Notes: a model not told the origin generated them from the letters alone. Positions 48,668 through 57,852 are shown, counted from the stretch's first letter. The stretch is DNA of 64,000 bases from a virus (IMGVR_UViG_3300013121_000054:1-64000); one strand, 5' to 3'. Numbers and translations: made by a program.

Positions 48668-48865
48668 GGTACACCTCCGATCTCATTTCTGCACGCGACC
48701 GAATAATCATCCTGGCAGTTATCACACGGCTTGTCGAGCTGAGCTGCTCGGGCGTGCGGGTGATCGCTGGATCGAAGTGACCTTTTAGCGACCACGCACA
48801 ATCTGGGCACAGCCACAAGAGATTGGTGCCTACCCCGTACCATTGATGATTTGACAGCTCAGGCA

Positions 48866-49090
48866 CTAAATTTCAAACCTCTCAATGCTCGGTATAACAC
48901 TCTGCGAGAGCCAGGAGAGGAAGAACAAGCCGACCCAGATCGGCCACAGCCAGAAGATGCAGAACCAGCTAAACACACTGCCCTTGCCCAAATTGAATCT
49001 CGTCACCAGGACCACCACCGCGCCGATAAGCGAGTAGATTTGAAGCGCCAGAGCCAGGTTAAACGTGATCATATGCGCTTGCGCCCCCAT
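48866..49090 (-). CDS. small membrane protein
   Basis: two hydrophobic segments (IFWLWPIW). Confidence 0.55.
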   Translation of the reverse strand: MGAQAHMITFNLALALQIYSLIGAVVVLVTRFNLGKGSVFSWFCIFWLWPIWVGLFFLSWLSQSVIPSIERFEI

Positions 49091-49299
49091 CGCCGTCTGC
49101 CAATCGAGGGGTTGCTCAGCACATACCGCTCAAGCTTCGGATAGAGCGGATGGTTGCAGAGATCGATGCGGATGCCTTCTTTCCCTTCCGGCAAGTAGTC
49201 ACTCCCGAGCACCACCTTCACCGCGAGCAGCCCTGGGCCGTCTTCAGTGCTGAAGTCGATGTGGTACACCTCGGCCGGTGGCAGATTCTCTTTACTCAC
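49069..49299 (-). CDS. hypothetical protein
   Basis: coupled ORF. Confidence 0.5.
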   Translation of the reverse strand: MSKENLPPAEVYHIDFSTEDGPGLLAVKVVLGSDYLPEGKEGIRIDLCNHPLYPKLERYVLSNPSIGRRRWGRKRI

Positions 49300-49670
49300 G
49301 TCTTTATCACCTTAACTTCGGCGCCCTGCTCGACCATGCGCTCATAGCGCTCGATGCTGTCGGGCTCTGATATTGGTACACACGCCACGGGCATGCACAG
49401 CTCACCAGTATCTTGATCGCGCTCTATCGAGGCATATATTGAAAAACTGCACACCGATCTCAGACCCTCTCGACGTGCCGTTCTCTGTTCTATCCCTTCA
49501 AGCTTCACAGCCATAATGACCAGCCCAAGCTCCTCGCGCGTGAACTTCAGAAATTTCTCGGTGAAGATATCACTCGCTCGCTCAAACGACTCCCTGAGTG
49601 CAGGCTCTTTGTCCCGCACATCGCGATGATCAATCGCTCTCAGCTCGCAATAATTTTGCTCTTCGGGCAT
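49296..49670 (-). CDS. hypothetical protein
   Basis: coupled ORF. Confidence 0.55.
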   Translation of the reverse strand: MPEEQNYCELRAIDHRDVRDKEPALRESFERASDIFTEKFLKFTREELGLVIMAVKLEGIEQRTARREGLRSVCSFSIYASIERDQDTGELCMPVACVPISEPDSIERYERMVEQGAEVKVIKT

Positions 49671-49988
49671 TTAATAACCCACCGTGTAGCCACCACCCAC
49701 CGTGTAGGTGCAGACCATGCCACCGCCGCCACCGCCCCACTCCTTGGTGATGCTTCTCTGGTCTTCAAGCTCGCGGTAGATCTTTCGATTTGATTCAGCC
49801 AGCGATTGCGCCGTGACGTGCTCCCCGCCATACAGAGCGCCAAGCGCGGCGATTATTGCCGCCTCGACTGCACACACGACCGCCAGCCGCGCGCGATCAC
49901 GCTGCTGCTTCTGCCAGTGGCTATGATCAACCGAAATGCGATCATTGCTTTGCCGTTTTGTTGTCTGCCTTCGCTTAAATGTCAGCAC
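49671..49988 (-). CDS. membrane-anchored hypothetical protein
   Basis: TM segment LAVVCAVEAAIIAALGALYG. Confidence 0.5.
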   Translation of the reverse strand: MLTFKRRQTTKRQSNDRISVDHSHWQKQQRDRARLAVVCAVEAAIIAALGALYGGEHVTAQSLAESNRKIYRELEDQRSITKEWGGGGGGMVCTYTVGGGYTVGY

Positions 49989-50225
49989 TTATGCTATCCC
50001 CCTTACTTTCTCGCGTACCACGCGATAGAGCTGCGCACCATTCTCGCCACGAGCGTGATTCACCTTCTCAACATAGCCCGCATATACAAGCCCCGTTAGC
50101 TTCTGCCACACCCGCGCCTGCGAGTAGTTTGTCAGCCGCCGCACGTCCGTGCTACTGAAAACATGCGGAAAGCTTTGCAAGATCGTGCATAAGAAGCCGC
50201 GATCGGTCGTGATGTTTCGATTCAT
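49989..50225 (-). CDS. winged-helix protein
   Basis: FSSTDVRRLTNYSQARVWQKLTGLVYAGYVEKV. Confidence 0.6.
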   Translation of the reverse strand: MNRNITTDRGFLCTILQSFPHVFSSTDVRRLTNYSQARVWQKLTGLVYAGYVEKVNHARGENGAQLYRVVREKVRGIA

Positions 50226-50671
50226 CCCTTCAGCCTCGCAATTACCTTGTCGGCCTGCTCGCGATCACTGTCTTTCTCGGGCTCGCTCAGCTCCGCATAG
50301 GGTGTAGTCATCTGGCGCTTCCACCGCTCGACCTTCTCAGCATGGATTGTCACTGTGCCGTCTGGATTCTGGGTCGAGCACGCGAACAACCATTGCATCC
50401 AGTGAGACCAGATATCGTGCTGGAGATCTGCCAGTGGCTCGCGTGTGCCATCGAGCACCAAATCACGCAGCGGGCGCATGAGCATCGCCTCGACTTCTTC
50501 CACCGTCTCGGTAACTGCGAGACGATCATCTGGACCGGAAGAGAAGTAAACATCGGCCTCTTCCGCTGGCGCCACAAGCGAAGGCTCGCGGCGGAGCACA
50601 TAGGTTATGTGCCTGCTCTCGACCAAGACGACCTGATCGGGCTTGTTTCGCAGGTGTAATTTCAGAATCAC
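50222..50671 (-). CDS. two-domain protein (FlbD-like N-terminus, RyR-repeat-like C-terminus)
   Basis: LAVTETVEEV; LADLQHDIWSHW...PYAELSEPEKDSDRE. Confidence 0.55.
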   Translation of the reverse strand: MILKLHLRNKPDQVVLVESRHITYVLRREPSLVAPAEEADVYFSSGPDDRLAVTETVEEVEAMLMRPLRDLVLDGTREPLADLQHDIWSHWMQWLFACSTQNPDGTVTIHAEKVERWKRQMTTPYAELSEPEKDSDREQADKVIARLKG

Positions 50672-50774
50672 TTTTTCTCCTTTGCTCTGATCAGGAAGGG
50701 CGGCTTTGATCCCGAGCGTTTACCGCCCTTCCCTCTCAGATCTCCTTGCGCTGCTCAAGCGCATTACAGAAACC

Positions 50775-51254
50775 CTATTTCTTGCGCAGCTTCACTACTG
50801 CATCTGCCGTCTGGTTGCGCGTCTTCTGCAACTTCACAGCAAGATTACCCAGAGCCTTCGCATGCAACCGCTCGCGATGCTCAAGCTCAGTGATCCGCGC
50901 ATTCAGCGTCACAAATAACGCCTGCAATGTCTTCTCATCCTGGTCTTTCGCACCATACAACCGATTGATCGCGCCCTGCATGCCGCCAACCTTGCGCTCC
51001 AGCTCAGCAATCCGCCCTGTGATCAGATCCGCGAGAAGCTTCGTTTCTGCATCCACCGAGTCAGCCGCCGACACCGAGGGTGATATCGTCAAATCGTGGT
51101 CATTTATCGTCTCGTCCGCATTGCTGCCCTGCATGACACCGGCTGGTGACACATCTGCCGGCCCAAGCTTGATCCAATGACCCTGCGGCACTGCCAAAAC
51201 TGGCGCCGCCAGCAGCAAATTCGCCGCCAAAATCGCATAAATCGCCTTTCTCAA
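50775..51254 (-). CDS. secreted coiled-coil protein
   Basis: MRKAIYAILAANLLLAAPVLA signal pattern. Confidence 0.65.
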   Translation of the reverse strand: MRKAIYAILAANLLLAAPVLAVPQGHWIKLGPADVSPAGVMQGSNADETINDHDLTISPSVSAADSVDAETKLLADLITGRIAELERKVGGMQGAINRLYGAKDQDEKTLQALFVTLNARITELEHRERLHAKALGNLAVKLQKTRNQTADAVVKLRKK

Positions 51255-51706
51255 GACTTCTCCTCCTCAGTGTTGTGCAGCCACTCCGCAATTGCATTGC
51301 AGAGCGCCGTGTCGTTATCGTTCAAGTCGCCGCGCGACTCCAAAATCATCAGCGAAAGCCGCATAATGCCTCGAAATTCGTCGGATGTTACGTCGTTCAT
51401 TGCGTCTGCTCCGCCCTCAAATGCCAAAGTCGCCGAGCAGTCGATCGCTGCGCGCATCACCCTCAGCAATAACCGGGTGCTGATGATTGTCATGCACCGC
51501 TGCTGCCGACTCGGCGAGGATCTGCTGAAGCTCGCTAGGCTCCTGCCTAAACAGCAGCGCACGTGGCGGCGCTTCCGTCAAATCCTGAGCGGACGACAGC
51601 GCTCAGGAAGCTTTTAGAGGCGAAGGATTGTGCTGTGCGAGCCATACCAGTTCAGAAGCCACACCATGGCTGGCCTAGGCTCCCGAGGCAATGGCTCCCT
51701 CATCAG

Positions 51707-51909
51707 TCAAGCTTCCGGCGCTGGCTCACTCATGATCTCTTGCAGATCCTCAAAATCAACCGCCTCGACCATCGCAGCATTTATGCTCATGGTCTCATTA
51801 GCGCCGTCTGGCTTGCGCCCATACACCGACTTCAAAGTCAGGTTGCAGTAACCAGAACAAAATCACCAACCTTCAGCCCTACGCCAAGTCTGTCATGTGG
51901 CACACACAT
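51707..51909 (-). pseudogene. small ORF apparently split by a frameshift or deletion
   Basis: strong AGGAGGT RBS; 23-aa frame MCVPHDRLGVGLKVGDFVLVTAT* overlaps a startless frame YCNLTLKSVYG...PAPEA*. Confidence 0.35.
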
Positions 51910-52274
51910 ACCTCCTAAAGTCTCAAAATTTTGAAAAAATTTTTTCGCCGCTTCTCCGCACCGCGAGCCAGTATGAGGGCTGTCAAGGAGTGACCGGAAA
52001 TTGGGAAATTTGTGAGTGGGGGTAACGCCCCGGCCCAGGCTGACCGTGATTTTAGGGGCACCCCCCCCCGCCTGCCCGCCGCGCCGAGAGCCGCTGCCCG
52101 TGCGGGTCTTGGTCTCTGCATGCGCATCAGGCTATGCCTGTTTCGGTAGTGGCAATGGTAATCGCTCACACCCAGGTCACGCAAGTGTAAAACGTCTCAC
52201 CAGGACTTGCCATATTCCTACAACTTTATGGCAAGTCGGGGTATGATTGAAACGTAGTGATGAGGGATTGAGGC

Positions 52275-52991
52275 ATGAGTAAAGACGCACCCCAGGGACA
52301 GAATTATGGCAAGTTGCCCGGCACGCTGCGCAGGCGTCCGAATGTGGAATTGAGACCTCGCGGTGAATACCTTACACCAGCGGAGGTGAATAACATAGCC
52401 AGCGCTGCGCAGTTGAGCAGTAGATATCCACTGCGCGATTGGCTCATGGTGGTGATGGCTTACAAGCACGGGCTGCGCGCCAGCGAGCTGTGCGATATGC
52501 AGTGGGAGCAAATCATGCTGAGCGAAGCTCGCATCAAAATCAATCGAGCGAAAATGGGCAAGCCATCAATGCACCCGCTGGACGGTGATGTCTTGCGAGC
52601 CTTGCGCAAACACCAGAGATCACAGGAGCTGGGGCAGAAGTTTGTTTTCACCACAGAGCGCGGCACTCCGATGAGCACCGACACCTTTCATAATCTGGTG
52701 CGCCGCGCTGGCAAAGCCGCCAAGATGCCCTTTGATGTCCACCCCCACATGCTGCGCCACGCCTGTGGCTATGCCCTTGTGAATGCTGGATATGATACCC
52801 GATTGATCCAAGACTACCTGGGGCACCGCAGCATTCAAAGCGTGGTGCAATACACCGCACTGAGTGAACAGCGATTCAAAGAATGCACCAAGATTCTGGC
52901 ACTCGGCAGGAAGCACAAGGCAAAAGACGACCCATTCAAACAACTGCCAAACGCGGAAGACTTCAAGGGATTCGGAAAGCTGATCGTATAA
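52275..52991 (+). CDS. FimB/FimE-type tyrosine recombinase (catalytic domain only)
   Basis: HGLRASEL, RAK, HPHMLRHACG, YLGHRSI, VVQYT; all catalytic residues present. Confidence 0.9.
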   Translation: MSKDAPQGQNYGKLPGTLRRRPNVELRPRGEYLTPAEVNNIASAAQLSSRYPLRDWLMVVMAYKHGLRASELCDMQWEQIMLSEARIKINRAKMGKPSMHPLDGDVLRALRKHQRSQELGQKFVFTTERGTPMSTDTFHNLVRRAGKAAKMPFDVHPHMLRHACGYALVNAGYDTRLIQDYLGHRSIQSVVQYTALSEQRFKECTKILALGRKHKAKDDPFKQLPNAEDFKGFGKLIV

Positions 52992-53171
52992 GATCAGCCT
53001 ACAATCAGGCTTTCGAGCGAGGGTGCCCCGGCAGGCGGGGGTGCTCTCGCGGGCGATTACGCGCGCGATTTAAAACCATGTCGAGAAAGACGGCAGTAAC
53101 CCTCCTTCCCCCAATTCCGCCCCCTCGTTTCCAAGCGCGACCGATAATGCTCTCGAAACTACCATGTAGGA

Positions 53172-53215
53172 TTTGTGCACCATTTATGCACCATTCATGC
53201 ATGATTTATGTATGA
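53172..53215. repeat. four degenerate 11-bp tandem repeats
   Basis: TTTGTGCACCA TTTATGCACCA TTCATGCATGA TTTATGTATGA. Confidence 0.7.
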
Positions 53216-53688
53216 TATTTTTTGACTAAAACACGCATGAATAGAGGGTTTGCATAGCATAACGCATAATAATAGAGTCGCGTATGTGTGTATACGGAAA
53301 GACGCAGATTTACAGTTTATGAAAATGTATTAGATAGTAATAATGCCCAAACTATCAACTACCAAGACTATCAAAATGGCTTTGGGACACTGCAAATGGC
53401 GAGGGGGGGGGACAGCGGCCCCGATAAATTCCCCGAAAGCAAAGCCCTATCATCGCGTGGCTGTTTTTTTTTGGCTTATAGCCATGCACTGAAGCTACAC
53501 TCAATCCTAATATTTCGTGGCTCTTAGTATCGATCCGGCGCGGGTCGTTTGTTGTTATTCTCAAAACTATCAAGCGAGTTGATCGAAATCGCTGGTATCG
53601 AATTCGGTGCTCAGCAGCTTGATAGTGTGGAAGGGATCGAGGCTTCTTGTTTAATCAAAGCCCTCGGTGAAACTCTAATAGATATGCG

Positions 53689-54237
53689 GTGAATATGACT
53701 CTGGCGGAAGCGCTTTCCTATATAAATGAAGACGGCTCCGAGTACGTTATCTATTGCGACTGTGTGCGGTGCTCAGTAGCGCTCTTCTTGGTTGACCTGG
53801 GGGTCGAGCCATTTGAGTGGCATGGTCCGATGGTGCCGGCAGCGATCGTGCTTGATCAATATAGAGATTGGGCGGCTGACCTTGGGTTTAAGAATCTGGC
53901 GTCGGGCACAATGCTTGGTTTGCTCCTCAGGGACTGGAACTACAGCAAGCAGCGAGGCGCGAGAGCAAATAGCTACTTCGTGACCGACTTGTCGGCGCCG
54001 AAGAGGCTTGTCTATAAGCACCTCGATCAGCACCGCCGCATCGCGGCGCAAAAGCATCGCGATATGCTGAATCCGCCAGCGGTAAAACACTGTGTTGGGC
54101 GGGTGCGACGGGTGAAGCGCACCCTCAGGACATTCATGCTCTGGCTGTCAGAGCAGCAGAGTAACGATCTGGCTGTCGCCATTTCTGAGCTCTATTGGCA
54201 GTTCGACAAAGAGGCTGCTGCTGGAGGTGCGAGCTGA
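53689..54237 (+). CDS. hypothetical protein with a D5-C-terminal-like wHTH
   Basis: IVLDQYRDWAADLGFKNLASGTMLGLLLRD...KQRGARANSY resembles the primase C-terminal LYEAYCRYM...RFSADI...KKRSSTG. Confidence 0.5.
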   Translation: MNMTLAEALSYINEDGSEYVIYCDCVRCSVALFLVDLGVEPFEWHGPMVPAAIVLDQYRDWAADLGFKNLASGTMLGLLLRDWNYSKQRGARANSYFVTDLSAPKRLVYKHLDQHRRIAAQKHRDMLNPPAVKHCVGRVRRVKRTLRTFMLWLSEQQSNDLAVAISELYWQFDKEAAAGGAS

Positions 54238-54629
54238 TGCAAGACTGGTTCGATCATAGAGATGGCCCGCCCATTTATGTGGTGACATTCAACTACACCG
54301 ACCCGCCGCAGCTATCCACCTGGATCGTGATCAAGACGGGGAAGAAGTATTACACCTGTATGTCCAGGCATGGCGCGCGGTGCCATTTCACAACGAGGCT
54401 GCTCAAGTCTGGCGGCCACGGCAACAGCAGAATAACCGGTTTACCCACGAGGGGGGAGCTGCTAATTCGTGGATTCACCGAGACAGATAGCGCTCGCGCA
54501 TTCGCTAAAGAGCTGTGGGATAAGCAAGTCGCAAAGCGCGAGGCAGAAAGGCTGAGGAAGAAGCGAAGACGGATTCGACGAAAGAAGCAGCGCGAGCGTG
54601 AAGCGGCGCAAGGAGTAAAGGCAAAGTGA
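54195..54629 (+). CDS. hypothetical protein (probable start ATG 54237)
   Basis: GGAGG RBS; basic C-terminus. Confidence 0.55.
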   Translation: MAVRQRGCCWRCELMQDWFDHRDGPPIYVVTFNYTDPPQLSTWIVIKTGKKYYTCMSRHGARCHFTTRLLKSGGHGNSRITGLPTRGELLIRGFTETDSARAFAKELWDKQVAKREAERLRKKRRRIRRKKQREREAAQGVKAK

Positions 54630-54817
54630 GTGAGATGCAATTTGTATGGCTGGTGCTGACCCTGCATGCAGCAGTGACTCTGTGGCTGTGGGTCGTGATC
54701 GATCACCAGAGCTACAGGCACAATCGCCTCATGGCTCGAGTTCTGGATATCGATTTCCGTGTCCACTCGGATGAGGAGATTCAGGCTTACCTCAAGACCC
54801 TCGACCCCAACAGGTAA
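54626..54817 (+). CDS. small membrane protein
   Basis: N-terminal TM helix. Confidence 0.5.
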   Translation: MSEMQFVWLVLTLHAAVTLWLWVVIDHQSYRHNRLMARVLDIDFRVHSDEEIQAYLKTLDPNR

Positions 54818-54819
54818 TC

Positions 54820-55116
54820 ATGACGATAACTCTAAGGAGCAAATACTGCGGAGCCCGTGCCGCCGATACCTATTTTAGGTTTGAGCTACAGCCGAATGGG
54901 GATTGGCATGTCATCACAGACCTCGGCCGATATATGTGTGCAAAGCGCGGCGGCCATACTGGTGAGCACCACATGCCCTTTCGTGATCGACGGATTCGCT
55001 ATCAAACCGGTTGGCAGCGTCAGTGGGATCGTATCAAGAAGAGTAATGAGCGACGCGCAAATCGTAACCTGGCCAAATTCTGCGCCTGGCTCGAAACTAT
55101 GCGCCCGAAACGGTGA
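54820..55116 (+). CDS. hypothetical protein
   Basis: coupled ORF. Confidence 0.5.
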   Translation: MTITLRSKYCGARAADTYFRFELQPNGDWHVITDLGRYMCAKRGGHTGEHHMPFRDRRIRYQTGWQRQWDRIKKSNERRANRNLAKFCAWLETMRPKR

Positions 55117-55655
55117 CACCACTCATGGCAAAGGACTGCAGCATGCTGAGCAAATTTTATAACGATAAAACAATCACATACTGGGATGCTGATCTTGAGC
55201 GCGCGGGCAAGGATGCGATCGTGCGACTATTTCAAGCCTTGGTGCTCTGTAACGGCAAGCTCCTCGATACACATCTCATGTATGAGCCAGGCAGTGTGCC
55301 GTGGCATTTGCAATCACTATTCTCGCGGGTCTCGATACCCGGCTCCGCCAAGGAAGAGTTTGAGCAAATTGCGAAGATCCCTCTGATTCCCCCGCCGACC
55401 TTCCAGGTGAATCAGCCGTCTCTACTTCCAGTAACCAGAGAGTTTGCGCGCACGAATGGCTTGGTTGGCTGGAATTTGCGGTGTAACTACTGCGGCAATT
55501 ATGGCGCTACCTGGCACGACAATCAGCGCCCGGGTTGGGGCTCGCTCGCGCTCTGTGGCGAGCACTCCGCCAGACTGAAAGAAGAGCTGACTCGGCACAA
55601 TAAAGTGCTCGCCGAACTAAGGACCATCAACTTTGAGAATGAGGCTATCGACTGA
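55113..55655 (+). CDS. hypothetical protein
   Basis: coupled ORF; CNYC...LC..H. Confidence 0.55.
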   Translation: MTPLMAKDCSMLSKFYNDKTITYWDADLERAGKDAIVRLFQALVLCNGKLLDTHLMYEPGSVPWHLQSLFSRVSIPGSAKEEFEQIAKIPLIPPPTFQVNQPSLLPVTREFARTNGLVGWNLRCNYCGNYGATWHDNQRPGWGSLALCGEHSARLKEELTRHNKVLAELRTINFENEAID

Positions 55656-56305
55656 TGCCAGATCTTCACCCATCACTTAAGGCCGGCTGTGAGTTTAAGC
55701 GCAATATCACTACCAGCGATTTGCTGCCCGTCTCGGAGCCGAATGAAGCGGGCGAGAAGCCGTGCGCATGGTGTCGAGTGGTAATGATAAAAGGCAAGAA
55801 TCGCCGCTACTGCTCAGAGGCATGCAGTAATGAGTTTCTCGTGCGTTATAACACAGCATTTGCTGCCCAGAAGGTCTGGCAGCGCGACCAGGGCATCTGC
55901 CAGGCGTGTGGACTGAATACGCACGAAGTGCGAGACATGCTACATCCAACACCCCCATACCTGAGCAGGTCTGCAAGCGCTCAGTATGGCAAGAACCCGT
56001 GGAACCGATTTGATTATCCTAACGATGAGGATTTCCGAAACTATTACCGCGAGCTGGCTTTGTACAAGAAGCGGCTCAAGAATCTGGAGAAGTCGCAGCA
56101 AGATTTTCCTTGGGCACTCGATCTAGTGAGTGCTGGGGTACCACTGGCGGAAGTTGATCACATAGTGCCGGTTTGTGAGGGCGGCGGAGCGTGCGGCCTC
56201 GATGGCTTACGCCTGCTCTGTGTGCCGTGCCACAAGGATGAGAGCAAGAGGCTCGCGCAGAGGCGCGCACAGCAAAAGAGGGAGCAAAATGTCGAAAGAG
56301 AGTAA
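55655..56305 (+). CDS. HNH endonuclease
   Basis: CAWC...RRYCSEAC; CQACG; EVDHIVPVCEGGGACGLDGLRLLCVPCHK. Confidence 0.88.
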   Translation: MPDLHPSLKAGCEFKRNITTSDLLPVSEPNEAGEKPCAWCRVVMIKGKNRRYCSEACSNEFLVRYNTAFAAQKVWQRDQGICQACGLNTHEVRDMLHPTPPYLSRSASAQYGKNPWNRFDYPNDEDFRNYYRELALYKKRLKNLEKSQQDFPWALDLVSAGVPLAEVDHIVPVCEGGGACGLDGLRLLCVPCHKDESKRLAQRRAQQKREQNVERE

Positions 56306-56477
56306 ATGCCGCTCATGCAGCGAGCGCATAGTCTGGATGAAAACAAAGACCGGCAAAAATATACCGGTCGATGCAGAGACTGTGGAGAAAGGCGACGATG
56401 AGCAATTCGACGCAGAGCGCCACACGTCGCACTTTGCCACCTGCCCATATGCGAATGAGCACCGAGGTAATCGATGA
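56289..56477 (+). CDS. small Zn-binding protein
   Basis: GGAG RBS; MSKESKCRSCSERIVWMKTKTGKNIPVD...HTSHFATCP. Confidence 0.65.
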   Translation: MSKESKCRSCSERIVWMKTKTGKNIPVDAETVEKGDDEQFDAERHTSHFATCPYANEHRGNR

Positions 56478-57253
56478 CAGCGCTCACTGAGCAAGAGCTA
56501 TTTGTGCTGAAAGAGATGGCTCGCGACTACCGCACATCATGGTTCACTTCGCGCGTGTCGTTTCACCGCTCGCGCCGCGATATCAAAATCCCGCTAGAGT
56601 GCGCTGAATTTGATGCACTGATGCGTAGCATCGACGAAAAGGCACCGGGGCTGCTGTGCACTTATGACAAGGTTAATGATTGCCGAATGGGCCATCAAAT
56701 CTGGCGGATCGATCGCGGGTGGCTACTGAACTACTTCACGGTGCGCAGGCACGTTGTATCTGTGGAGGTGCACTGTGAGCAAACTCAAGCATCTAAAAGC
56801 ACGATGCCTCTGCCGCTGCCATGCTGGACCGATGGCGGCAGAGTGCTGCCAGACGCATTGCAAGTGCACCGCCTGCGGTGGCTGGCAGTATTATCACCCA
56901 CCGAGTCGCGAGCATGCTTGCGTGGAGGCTGGGTGTCACGATTTGAAAGACAGACTAAGCGAGGTAGCACCACAGTGAACGACATATTGGGAGTAGCGAG
57001 AAAAGAGATCGACGATTTCACGGCGCGGTGCGTGGCGCAACTGCGGAGCGATGCGATGGCTGGGCATCGGTATTGCAAGATTGACGCCACTGGAGTCAGC
57101 CCATCAGTAATCGCAGCGGTGGCGGAAGCATTTTATGCAAAGGGCTGGAAGCTGGTCTCTTACTACTGCCAAGACCAGATCCGATACATCGTGATTGGAG
57201 GTCTACCATTTGGAGGTCTACCATTTGGAGGTCTACCATGCCAGAAGAACTGA
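56474..57253 (+). CDS. long ORF probably comprising two genes (second from GTG 56975)
   Basis: internal GAGGT RBS and GTG at 56975; overlapped by a Cys-rich ORF in another frame. Confidence 0.4.
   Translation: MTALTEQELFVLKEMARDYRTSWFTSRVSFHRSRRDIKIPLECAEFDALMRSIDEKAPGLLCTYDKVNDCRMGHQIWRIDRGWLLNYFTVRRHVVSVEVHCEQTQASKSTMPLPLPCWTDGGRVLPDALQVHRLRWLAVLSPTESRACLRGGWVSRFERQTKRGSTTVNDILGVARKEIDDFTARCVAQLRSDAMAGHRYCKIDATGVSPSVIAAVAEAFYAKGWKLVSYYCQDQIRYIVIGGLPFGGLPFGGLPCQKN
56775..56978 (+). CDS. Cys/His-rich small protein
   Basis: GGAGGT RBS, GTG start, nine Cys; GTGA overlap with the next start. Confidence 0.5.
   Translation: MSKLKHLKARCLCRCHAGPMAAECCQTHCKCTACGGWQYYHPPSREHACVEAGCHDLKDRLSEVAPQ
57195..57239 (+). 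repeat. 3 x 15-bp perfect tandem repeat containing a Shine-Dalgarno sequence
   Basis: (TTGGAGGTCTACCAT)x3; the last copy supplies ATG 57238. Confidence 0.95.
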
Positions 57254-57702
57254 AGAAGGGCGATCTGATCTACTCAGTGGAGATCTCCACTTTCGGGCTG
57301 CGGAGCGTCTCGCTGTACACCTATCGGGTCGGCCGCGTGCAAGGCCGGTTTGCAAAATGCGCGCGCATCGACCGTGGGCTCACCAGGCTCGCTACTTTCC
57401 ATAAAGAGATCGAGAATGGGCAGGTGCAGCCGCGATATGAGGGCTTCCACAGCACCAGGGTGACGGCCTTTGTCGGCGAAGAATCAGCGCGCACCTTTTA
57501 TGAGACAGAGCGCCTCATGCCGAATACCTGCGACCGCGACCGAATCGCAAGCTGGATATTAAAAGAGGCGCCCCCTGGTCTCGTGCGCGAGCTGGAGAAG
57601 ACCGCAAAGGCGTGGAAAGAAGCCGAGGAGAAGAAAAAGCGTGCAGAAGGAGAAGCCAAAGAGAGAGGCGGCGCGGAAGAAAGACGCAGTAACGACTCCT
57701 GA
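57238..57702 (+). CDS. hypothetical protein
   Basis: perfect RBS; LKKGDLIY. Confidence 0.6.
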   Translation: MPEELKKGDLIYSVEISTFGLRSVSLYTYRVGRVQGRFAKCARIDRGLTRLATFHKEIENGQVQPRYEGFHSTRVTAFVGEESARTFYETERLMPNTCDRDRIASWILKEAPPGLVRELEKTAKAWKEAEEKKKRAEGEAKERGGAEERRSNDS

Positions 57703-57852
57703 AGATGATGCCAAATGGAAGGCACTGCGCCGCGCTTTCTTCACTTATAACGCGCGCATCATCTGTAATGCACTCGGATACGACAACTGGGAAACCGCAT
57801 CGGAAGCCACGCAAGAGAAGTACATAAAAGCATTTGAAGAGGCAAATATCGC

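Noticed and set aside
52275-52991. Protelomerase or canonical phage integrase
   Set aside because: Too short, lacks the N-terminal arm/core-binding domains, and no long telRL-type palindrome or att junction is visible.
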